The notes beneath the pieces are model-generated. The model was not told where the DNA came from, did not search any database, and worked only from the letters and a program-made list of their open reading frames with translations. Of a stretch of 32,854 bases of DNA, positions 25,414 to 32,854 are shown piece by piece. The position numbers were made by a program, and so were the translations under genes. Every line of letters begins with the position of its first letter. Within the stretch, counting starts at the first letter, position 1. The stretch covers positions 9,592 to 42,445 of the forward strand of contig JBNGDU010000112.1 of NCBI GenBank assembly GCA_049975025.1, read 5' to 3'. This DNA is from Anaerolineae bacterium. Its GTDB lineage: Bacteria; Chloroflexota; Anaerolineae; B4-G1; SLSP01.

Positions 25414-26754
25414 ATGATCAAGATCTATGAGACGTTGGAGGCGGCTGAGTACATCTTGACGCGCCGGACGATGCAGACGGTTGATGAGGTGCCCGAGGTG
25501 GTGCTCGCGTCCATCGAGCGCGTCTTCGGAGAGCCGCTCACGCCTGAAGAGGCCGTGCGACGTCTGCTCGCCGACGTGCGTGTTGGAGGCGATGCCGCGC
25601 TGCGGACGTGGACTGAGAAGATCGATGGTGTTGAGCTCGAGGCTTTTGAGGTGCCCAAATCGGAGTGCGAGGCCGCCTTTGAGGCGCTTTCGCCCGAACT
25701 GCGCGCATCCCTGAATCTGGCCGCTGATCGGATTCGAGATTTCCACGCGCGGCAGCCGATCCCGGATTGGACCACGGAAGAGATGGGGGGCACCCTCGGG
25801 CAGCGACTGGTACCCCTGGAGCGCGTAGGTGTCTATGTGCCGGGGGGGACAGCTCCGCTTCCTTCCTCGCTGCTGATGGCGGTGATCCCGGCTCGCGTCG
25901 CGGGCGTGGACGAGATCTATGTCTGCACGCCGGCAGGGCGTGAGACGGGTGTGGTGTCTCCCTTGATCCTGGCAGCGGCTTGGGTGGCCGACGCCGATCG
26001 TGTCTTCCAATTGGGGGGCGCGCTCGCCGTAGGCGCCATGGCCTTCGGCACGGAGAGCGTACCCCGGGTCGATAAGGTCGTCGGTGCGGGCGGTATCTTC
26101 ACCACGATCGCAAAGCGGCAGGTCTTCGGCATTGTGGGCCTTGACGGGCTCTACGGTCCCACTGAGACGGTGGTGGTGGCGGATGACTCCGCAACCCCTG
26201 AATGGGTGGCTGCCGATCTATTAGCCCAGGCCGAGCACGACGTCCTGGCGACGGCGATTCTGCTGACGCCATCCCGAACGCTGGCCGAAGCCGTGCGGCA
26301 GGAAGTGACGCGCCAGATGGCTTCCCTCGAACGCTCAGAGATCATCGAGACCTCTCTGGCCGGGCAGGGCGGGATCGTACTGACCCCCGATCTTGCTTCG
26401 GCGGTGCAGGCCGCTGATGCCTTCGCTCCCGAGCACCTCTGTCTGTCGGTGGCGAACGCCGAGGCGTGGGCTGAGCGGATCCGCAACGCCGGCGGGGTCT
26501 TCATCGGCGAGCACTCCTTTGAGGTGCTGGGCGACTACGTCGCCGGTCCCAGCCATATTATGCCTACGGGGGGGACCGCGCGGTTCAAGGGTCCCGTCAA
26601 CGTGCTCGATTTCGTCAAGGTCCTCAATATCATCGGTGTGGATGAGACAACCGCTGCTGAGCTGGCCGCGGACGCCGACCGCCTCGCTCGGGCGGAGTCC
26701 CTGACCGCTCACGCGGCGGCTGCGCGCTATCGCGCTGTCACAACAACCGAGTGA
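25414..26754 (+). CDS. hisD: Histidinol dehydrogenase
   Basis: RVGVYVPGG, DLLAQAEHD, APEHL, LGDYVAGPSHIMPTGGTARF. Start set at the ATG after GAGGAG. Confidence 0.97.
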   Translation: MIKIYETLEAAEYILTRRTMQTVDEVPEVVLASIERVFGEPLTPEEAVRRLLADVRVGGDAALRTWTEKIDGVELEAFEVPKSECEAAFEALSPELRASLNLAADRIRDFHARQPIPDWTTEEMGGTLGQRLVPLERVGVYVPGGTAPLPSSLLMAVIPARVAGVDEIYVCTPAGRETGVVSPLILAAAWVADADRVFQLGGALAVGAMAFGTESVPRVDKVVGAGGIFTTIAKRQVFGIVGLDGLYGPTETVVVADDSATPEWVAADLLAQAEHDVLATAILLTPSRTLAEAVRQEVTRQMASLERSEIIETSLAGQGGIVLTPDLASAVQAADAFAPEHLCLSVANAEAWAERIRNAGGVFIGEHSFEVLGDYVAGPSHIMPTGGTARFKGPVNVLDFVKVLNIIGVDETTAAELAADADRLARAESLTAHAAAARYRAVTTTE

Positions 26755-26774
26755 GTCTCGCGTTCTGGAGAGAT

Positions 26775-27881
26775 ATGATGACGTCGACGACAAGTCCTAC
26801 TGATCTTATTCGGTCCGATATCGCCGAGATGGAGCCCTATACGCCGATCTTCCCCTTTGACGTGTTGGCCGCGCGTTTGAACCGGCTGCCCGAGGAGATC
26901 GTCAAGCTCGATGCGAACGAGAATCCGTATGGTCCCTCCCCGCGCGTGCGTGAGGCTCTAGCGCGTTTGGCGTACATCAACATCTATCCGGACCCGGAGA
27001 GCCGCGCTCTGCGGAGCGCGATCTCAAACTTCACCGGGTTACCGTCGGAGTATCTGTTGGCGGGGGCCGGTGCCGATGAGCTCCTCGATCTGATCATGAG
27101 GCTTTTTCTGAGCCCGGGTGATGCGATTTTGAACTGTCCGCCCACCTTCGGTATGTATCCCTTCGATGCTGCCGTCAGTGGTGCCGATGTGGTCTCGGTG
27201 CCCCGCCGCGGCGACTTCTCCCTGGACATCGAGGCCGTTGAGGCCGCCGTCGTCGAGCACCGTCCCAAGCTCCTCTTTGTGACCTCCCCCAACAACCCCG
27301 ATGGCAGCTGGTTGCCCGACGATATCCTGGGGCGCTTGCTGGCCTTGCCCCTGGTGGTGGTGCTGGACGAGGCTTACGTTGAGTTCGCGGGTATGGAGCG
27401 CAGCCGTATTCAATGGGTGCCGGAGCACGAGAATCTCATCGTTTTGCGGACCTTTAGTAAACTTGCCGGACTCGCCGGTCTCAGGGTCGGCTATGGTGCG
27501 TTCCCGAGGGCCTTGATGCCCCATCTCTGGAAGATCAAACAGCCCTACAACGTGTCGATCGCTGCGTCCGCGGCGGCAATCGCAGCCCTGGAGGACCTCG
27601 ATTGGCTCGTGGACAAGGTGGATCGCATCGTCGCAGAGCGGGAACGGTTCAGCAAACTGCTGACGTCCATCCCGTATCTTCGCCCCTACCCCTCTCAGTC
27701 GAACTTCATTCTCTGCCGGGTTGTGGAGCGAGATGCTCATGCTCTCAAACTGGCTTTGGAGCAGGAGGGGATTCTCATACGCTATTATCGGAAGCCTCGG
27801 CTGAGTGATCATGTCCGCTTCACCGTGGGCAAACCAGAGCAGACGGACGCGGTGATCACGGCGCTTCAGGTATTGACTTGA
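26775..27881 (+). CDS. hisC: Histidinol-phosphate aminotransferase
   Basis: [41 protein letters not shown]. Confidence 0.96.
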   Translation: MMTSTTSPTDLIRSDIAEMEPYTPIFPFDVLAARLNRLPEEIVKLDANENPYGPSPRVREALARLAYINIYPDPESRALRSAISNFTGLPSEYLLAGAGADELLDLIMRLFLSPGDAILNCPPTFGMYPFDAAVSGADVVSVPRRGDFSLDIEAVEAAVVEHRPKLLFVTSPNNPDGSWLPDDILGRLLALPLVVVLDEAYVEFAGMERSRIQWVPEHENLIVLRTFSKLAGLAGLRVGYGAFPRALMPHLWKIKQPYNVSIAASAAAIAALEDLDWLVDKVDRIVAERERFSKLLTSIPYLRPYPSQSNFILCRVVERDAHALKLALEQEGILIRYYRKPRLSDHVRFTVGKPEQTDAVITALQVLT

Positions 27882-27946
27882 CGAGTGCGTGTGATGTCGC
27901 CGAACGAGGCGTCAAACGCGCTGTTTTAGAAGGAGGTAGACGGGGG

Positions 27947-28534
27947 ATGAGACGCGCAGAGACAAGACGTGAGACGAAAGAGACCCAGATTGCCATCACG
28001 ATCGATATCGATGGGAACGGCGCGTACACCATCGAAACGGGTCTTGGCTTTCTCGATCATATGTTAAGTCACATTGCTGTCCATGGCCTCTTCGACCTGA
28101 ATATCGAGGCTCACGGTGATTTGGAGGTCGACCCCCACCATACGGTGGAGGACGTCGCGCTGACGTTGGGGAGCGCCCTAGATCAGGCTCTAGGCGACCG
28201 TGCCGGGATCGTCCGCATGGGATCGGCTTATGTCCCAATGGACGAGTCCTTGGCCCTGGTCGCCGTGGATCTCTCGGGCCGTCCGTATGCGGTTGTCGAT
28301 GTGGCGTGGACGGGCTTGGACGTGGGGGGCCTTCCGGTGACTTTGATCGAACACTTCTTCGAGTCCTTAGCGGTCACGGCGCGGGCCAACGTCCACGCTC
28401 GCGTGTTGTACGGACGTGACGATCACCACAAAGCCGAGGCACTCTTCAAGGCGCTGGGACGGGCGTTGGACGCGGCGACGCAAGTGGACTCACGTAGAGG
28501 AGATAGCGTGCCATCGACAAAGGGGGTGCTCTAG
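27947..28534 (+). CDS. hisB: Imidazoleglycerol-phosphate dehydratase (monofunctional)
   Basis: [46 protein letters not shown]; AGGAGG SD. Confidence 0.97.
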   Translation: MRRAETRRETKETQIAITIDIDGNGAYTIETGLGFLDHMLSHIAVHGLFDLNIEAHGDLEVDPHHTVEDVALTLGSALDQALGDRAGIVRMGSAYVPMDESLALVAVDLSGRPYAVVDVAWTGLDVGGLPVTLIEHFFESLAVTARANVHARVLYGRDDHHKAEALFKALGRALDAATQVDSRRGDSVPSTKGVL

Positions 28535-29148
28535 TGATCGCTTTGATCGACTACGGTGCCGGCAACGTGCGCTCGGTCCACAAGGCGCTGACGGCTGTGG
28601 GCGCCGAGGTCACGCTGACTCAGGAACCGGACCTCGTGCTGTCGGCTGAGAAGGTCGTACTTCCCGGTGTAGGGGCTTTCAGTGACTGCATGGAGAGCCT
28701 GGAACGCCTGGGACTGATCGAACCGATTCGCGAGGTCGTGGCGCGGGATGTGCCGTTCCTGGGCATCTGCGTGGGCATGCAGGTGCTCTTTGACGAGGGT
28801 GAGGAGCTGGGTGGCCACGCTGGATTGGGTTTGCTGCCGGGGCGCGTGATCCAGTTCGACATCGGCCCTGAGTTGAAGGTGCCCCACACGGGCTGGAACC
28901 AGGTCATCCCAAGGCTGGAGATCCCTTTATTGGCGCAACTGCCCGATGGCGCCTGGACCTACTTCAACCACGGCTTCTACTGTGAGGCGCTGCCCGAGCA
29001 TACGCTGGCGGTGACGGACTACGGCGGTCCGTTCCCGAGCGTCGTGGGACGAGGGCAGCTCTTTGGGGTGCAGTTCCATCCGGAGAAGAGCCAGACCGCG
29101 GGTCTACGCATCCTGCGCAACTTCGTGGAGGGGGTTGGCCATGGGTGA
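28534..29148 (+). CDS. hisH: IGP synthase glutaminase subunit
   Basis: IDYGAGN, LPGVGAF, LGICVGMQ, PHTGWN, QFHPEKS. Confidence 0.97.
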   Translation: MIALIDYGAGNVRSVHKALTAVGAEVTLTQEPDLVLSAEKVVLPGVGAFSDCMESLERLGLIEPIREVVARDVPFLGICVGMQVLFDEGEELGGHAGLGLLPGRVIQFDIGPELKVPHTGWNQVIPRLEIPLLAQLPDGAWTYFNHGFYCEALPEHTLAVTDYGGPFPSVVGRGQLFGVQFHPEKSQTAGLRILRNFVEGVGHG

Positions 29149-29878
29149 GTTCACGGTATATCCGGCGATTGACCTGCGCCACGGTCGGGTGGTGCGTCTT
29201 GCGCAGGGCGATCCGAATCGAGAGACGGCCTATGATGATGACCCGCTGCACGTTGCCGAGCGTTGGCAGGCGGCGGGCGCTTCCTGGGTGCACGTGGTCA
29301 ATCTCGATGGCGCCTTTGGCGAGGCGAGCTCTGAGAACTCACGGGCGCTGGAGGCCGTGCTGACGACCTCACTCTCCGTGCAGTTTGGCGGCGGCATCCG
29401 AACTATCTCCGACATGGCTCAGGTTCTGGATCTGGGGGGCGCTCGTGTGGTCGTGGGCACTGCGGCGGTCGAAAACCCATCTCTGCTGGCGGAGGCTTTG
29501 GCGCGTTTTGGCGCGGATCGGGTGGCGGTGGGTATCGATGCGCGCGATGACGTCGTGCAGATCCGCGGCTGGCAGGCGGCGGCACCGATCACCGCTGCGG
29601 CGCTAGCTCGTCGTTGGGCGGACCTTGGCGGTCGTTGGATGATTTTCACCGATGTCTCTCGGGACGGCATGGGGAGCGGCGTCAACGTCGCTGCCACGGC
29701 CTCGCTGGCGCGAGAGACCGGGCTACAGGTCATCGCGTCCGGTGGGGTGAGATCGCTGGATGACGTCCGACGCGTGCACGATGCCGGGCTTGACGGTGTG
29801 ATTATCGGACGCGCGCTCTACGAGGGCCACCTTGAGCTGGTGGACGCTCTGGACGTGGCTCGCAAGAGCGGTGCATAG
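29141..29878 (+). CDS. hisA: ProFAR isomerase
   Basis: YPAIDL..G.VVRL.QG, HVVNLDGA, QFGGGIR, TDVSRDGMGSG, IASGG. Start at ATG 29141. Confidence 0.96.
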   Translation: MGEFTVYPAIDLRHGRVVRLAQGDPNRETAYDDDPLHVAERWQAAGASWVHVVNLDGAFGEASSENSRALEAVLTTSLSVQFGGGIRTISDMAQVLDLGGARVVVGTAAVENPSLLAEALARFGADRVAVGIDARDDVVQIRGWQAAAPITAAALARRWADLGGRWMIFTDVSRDGMGSGVNVAATASLARETGLQVIASGGVRSLDDVRRVHDAGLDGVIIGRALYEGHLELVDALDVARKSGA

Positions 29879-29978
29879 CGGTAATTGAGAATGCCCCCGG
29901 GACGGTCGGCGTTGGCTCGGGAGTGTGGGTTCTGTTCAACAGAAGCTCTCGGCCCCTTGGGCCGATGAAGGAGGTCGC

Positions 29979-30743
29979 ATGTTAGCCAAAAGGATTATTC
30001 CGTGTCTGGATGTGAGAGAGGGACGAGTTGTTAAGGGTGTCAACTTCGTCAATTTGCGAGACGCCGGGGATCCCGTGGAGCAGGCTCGTGTTTACGATGC
30101 CCAGGGCGCTGATGAGTTGGTCTTCCTCGATATCTCCGCAACGCATGAAGGGCGCAAGACGATGATCGACGTGGTCCGTCAAGTAGCCGTGGAGGTCTTT
30201 ATGCCCTTCACTGTCGGCGGCGGCGTCCGCACCATCGACGATGTGCGCAATCTGCTGTTGGCCGGGGCTGACAAGGTCAGCATCAACTCTGCGGCGGTTC
30301 GGACGCCGGAGATCCTCACGCGGGGCGCCGAGCGCTTCGGAAGCCAGTGCATTGTGTTGGCCGTCGATGCGAAGCGCATCGCTGATGATCCCGTGAAGTG
30401 GGAGGTCTACATCAGCGGCGGACGTATCCCCACGGGTTTGGATGCGGTGGAATGGTGTGCTCGCGGTGTGGAGTTAGGCGCCGGTGAGATCCTGCTCACG
30501 AGCATGGATGCCGATGGCACGTTGGCGGGGTACGACGTCGAGTTGACTCGATCCGTAGCCGACGCTGTTTCGGTTCCGGTCATCGCCAGCGGCGGCGCCG
30601 GCGAGCCGGCGCATTTCGCGGAAGTGCTGACAGTGGGGCGGGCGGACGCCGCGCTGGCTGCGTCGCTCTTTCACGATCGGGTGCTGAGCATTCAGGATGT
30701 CAAGTCCTATCTGCGGTCCGAGGGTATTACGGTACGTTCCTGA
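29979..30743 (+). CDS. hisF: IGP synthase cyclase subunit
   Basis: [39 protein letters not shown]; AAGGAGG SD. Confidence 0.97.
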   Translation: MLAKRIIPCLDVREGRVVKGVNFVNLRDAGDPVEQARVYDAQGADELVFLDISATHEGRKTMIDVVRQVAVEVFMPFTVGGGVRTIDDVRNLLLAGADKVSINSAAVRTPEILTRGAERFGSQCIVLAVDAKRIADDPVKWEVYISGGRIPTGLDAVEWCARGVELGAGEILLTSMDADGTLAGYDVELTRSVADAVSVPVIASGGAGEPAHFAEVLTVGRADAALAASLFHDRVLSIQDVKSYLRSEGITVRS

Positions 30744-30839
30744 TGCGCCCAGCCGTGCACGCTATGTGGGGAGGTGGATGAGTTCATGGATTCGCTGAGC
30801 AAACTCTCTTCGGGGGGACCTTCGAAGGAGGGGCCCTCT

Positions 30840-31160
30840 GTGGATGAGTTGAAGTTTGACGATCGCGGTCTGATTCCGGCAATTCTGCAAGACGCCGAGA
30901 ACGGTCAGGTGCTGATGGTGGCTTGGATGAACGCTGAGGCCCTCCGTCTCACCCAGGAGACGGGAGAAGCGCATTTCTGGAGCCGGAGTCGACAGGAGCT
31001 CTGGCACAAGGGAGAGACATCCGGCAACTTCCAGCGCGTGCGAGAGATCTGGGTGGACTGCGACGCGGACACGCTGCTGGTCATGGTCGACCCGGTCGGG
31101 CCGGCCTGTCACACGGGGGAGCAGAGCTGCTTCTTTCGCCGGATGTGGAGGAAGACCTAG
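30840..31160 (+). CDS. hisI: Phosphoribosyl-AMP cyclohydrolase
   Basis: [40 protein letters not shown]. Start ambiguous (30774, 30786 or 30840). Confidence 0.95.
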   Translation: MDELKFDDRGLIPAILQDAENGQVLMVAWMNAEALRLTQETGEAHFWSRSRQELWHKGETSGNFQRVREIWVDCDADTLLVMVDPVGPACHTGEQSCFFRRMWRKT

Positions 31161-31161
31161 G

Positions 31162-31446
31162 ATGAACGGAGACCGAATACTTGACGAGCTCTTCGAGGTC
31201 ATTCTCGACCGCAAGGCCAACCCGACACCGGGTTCTTACACGGCGAAGCTGCTGAGTGGCGGCGATGAGGTGCTCAAGAAGGTCGGCGAGGAGGCGATGG
31301 AGGTGATGCTTGCCGGCAAGGGACAGAGCGATCAACGTCTGATAGAGGAGTCGGCGGATCTTATCTACCATCTTCTGGTTTTGCTGGCCTCGCGCGATCT
31401 ATCGCTCGATGATGTCAGGGAGGAACTGGCGCGCCGTCGCAGATAG
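31162..31446 (+). CDS. hisE: Phosphoribosyl-ATP pyrophosphatase
   Basis: SYTAKL, KKVGEEAMEV, ESADLIYHLLVLL. Confidence 0.96.
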   Translation: MNGDRILDELFEVILDRKANPTPGSYTAKLLSGGDEVLKKVGEEAMEVMLAGKGQSDQRLIEESADLIYHLLVLLASRDLSLDDVREELARRRR

Positions 31447-31713
31447 CCGGTAGATCACTTTCTCCGGCACGTCCCAGACCTCCGTTTGTCTCCCTGATAT
31501 CTGATCCCTACAACCCGCGAGAATCGGATTAGTTGCGGTCCGATGTGACCGTCTACGTCAAGTCGTAGCTATGCGGGATGCTAGTTTCAGAAAGCTGCCG
31601 ACATCTCTGTCAATGTGAGCGTCGAGCATTGGCGACGGTTTTTCGATTGTGACGATCCTCACGGAGCTTCCGGGCAGGCACAGGCGCATGCTCTCGCGCC
31701 GTTTTGCCTGAGA

Positions 31714-32454
31714 TCAGCTCGTCGTCTCGAGGCTAGACCGCTCCTCCGGCCTCGGCGTCTCCAAAGCGTTGGGACGCGCCACCGACCACAGTAGGAGGCC
31801 TGCGCCAATCAGCACCATCACGGCGGGCGCGATCCACCGCCACACGCGCCAGAAGGGGGATAGCGCGATCAGCGATGCGATCCCTACGGAGGCGATCATG
31901 CCCAGACCCGCGACGATGCAGAAAGCCAGGCCCGTGGCGAGAAGCCCCGCTTTGTGGTAATGGGCGTTGAGGATCAGGAGCGCCAGGCCGATAGCCAGCG
32001 GCTCGATGGTCCACAACACGGCCCAGGTCTCCCAGAGTCCGGTTAGCGCGCAGAACTGCATAAGCAGGCCGTTGGCACCGATGACGATCGCCGGCGCCAC
32101 CATCCAGTAGGCTCGCATGGTGATGGCAGCGAAGAGGAACCCCAGGGCCGGGGCGATGACCTCCAGCGGCCACAGCCAGGACCAAACGCTCCACCACCGT
32201 AAGACGCTGGCGAGAAGCAGAATCCCGCCGGTCGCGAGGGTTGGTACGCCGAATATGAAGAGCACGCCTAACCCACGTCTGCGGCGAGCGAACAAGGGCG
32301 GCATAAGCATGAGAAGCCCGACCGACACGACGATCAGGGGCCAGAGTTGCCAGATCCTGAAGGCGAAGAGTGCACCCAGCAGGCTGAGGACCAACGCGAC
32401 GACGCCGGTCAGGATCAGGAGCAGACTGATGGCGATCGAGAGTTGTTTGTTCAT
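31714..32454 (-). CDS. Polytopic membrane protein with repeated W..LWP-type helices (LiaF/DUF5668-like TM repeats)
   Basis: About 8 hydrophobic segments; repeats WQLWPL, WSWLWPL, WAVLWTI, WRWIAPA; ATG 32454 after GAGGG. Confidence 0.7.
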   Translation of the reverse strand: MNKQLSIAISLLLILTGVVALVLSLLGALFAFRIWQLWPLIVVSVGLLMLMPPLFARRRRGLGVLFIFGVPTLATGGILLLASVLRWWSVWSWLWPLEVIAPALGFLFAAITMRAYWMVAPAIVIGANGLLMQFCALTGLWETWAVLWTIEPLAIGLALLILNAHYHKAGLLATGLAFCIVAGLGMIASVGIASLIALSPFWRVWRWIAPAVMVLIGAGLLLWSVARPNALETPRPEERSSLETTS

Positions 32455-32699
32455 GACTACCCTCAAGGCTTTCCTTTGTGGATGGACTTACGTGCTCAAG
32501 ATATCACATCTATCCCTTGTATGCCTATCCGGTGACTATCAGGTAGCTAACAAAGGGCCCTAAGCCCGGGGAATCAGAGAGATAGGTGCTGCACGTGATT
32601 TGGAGGGGCGAAGCTTGAGGTTGAGGACCCAAGCTAAGGGCGCTTGGACGCTGAGCGCTGCCAGCATCGATGGGGCTGGCGTGGCGGGAGGAGCGAGAA

Positions 32700-32854
32700 C
32701 TACCGCAACCAGTTCCCGATGCGGTTGAGCAAGTCGAGGGCGATCGAGCCCCCTTGCACGGCAAGAGCCATCATGACCGCGGCAACACACCCAACCCAGC
32801 CGAGGAGCTTACTCGTCTTGCGCGCGTTCGCGGGCTCGCGTGCCAGGAAACGCG
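32700..32854 (-). CDS. Partial (3' end) of a probable membrane protein
   Basis: Open frame from the window edge: RFLAREPANARKTSKLLGWVGCVAAVMMALAVQGGSIALDLLNRIGNWLR*. The start lies outside the window. Confidence 0.5.
   Translation of the reverse strand, partial: RFLAREPANARKTSKLLGWVGCVAAVMMALAVQGGSIALDLLNRIGNWLR

Noticed and set aside
24979-26010. 343-aa antisense ORF (and similar ORFs at 27039-27812, 21184-21822, 1613-2170)
   Set aside because: Shadow ORFs opposite well-supported GC-rich genes, with no recognisable motifs.
29949-29965. 7-bp hairpin before the hisF SD
   Set aside because: No U-tract and it does not cover the SD; unremarkable in GC-rich DNA.
31648-31663. CRP-like site TGTGA-N6-TCACG
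   Set aside because: It lies between convergent gene ends with no promoter to regulate; probably chance.
1-32854. CRISPR arrays, tRNA/rRNA genes, transposases, integrases, prophage genes
   Set aside because: None recognised on either strand by eye.

Overview
Bacterial chromosomal window, most consistent with Chloroflexota (Anaerolineae-like). This is inferred from gene style and order, not from a database search. Left to right: a partial Ser/Lys-rich gene; prfB with the classic +1 programmed frameshift; ftsY; sfsA; and an intergenic region with two sigma70-like promoters. Between those promoters lie a candidate structured ncRNA and an 11-bp-phased hexamer array. Next come a Tad/Flp pilus assembly operon (cpaB, REC-cpaE, cpaF, tadB, tadC), comF and long hpf, then convergent lon and folC. 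A divergent, translationally coupled operon follows, encoding two paralogous membrane SPFH proteins, a TPR-like protein with an apparent LexA/S24-like C-terminal domain, and a PfkB (pseudouridine-kinase-like) kinase. The rest is a GH2 beta-mannosidase, a Zn-dependent dehydrogenase, a 141-bp MITE/REP-like element, a His-leader attenuator, hisGDCBHAFIE and two minus-strand membrane protein genes. The best candidates for undescribed biology are the SPFH-SPFH-TPR/S24 module and the ncRNA with a duplicated hairpin module upstream of the tad operon. All calls come from reading the sequence by eye; no searches were run.
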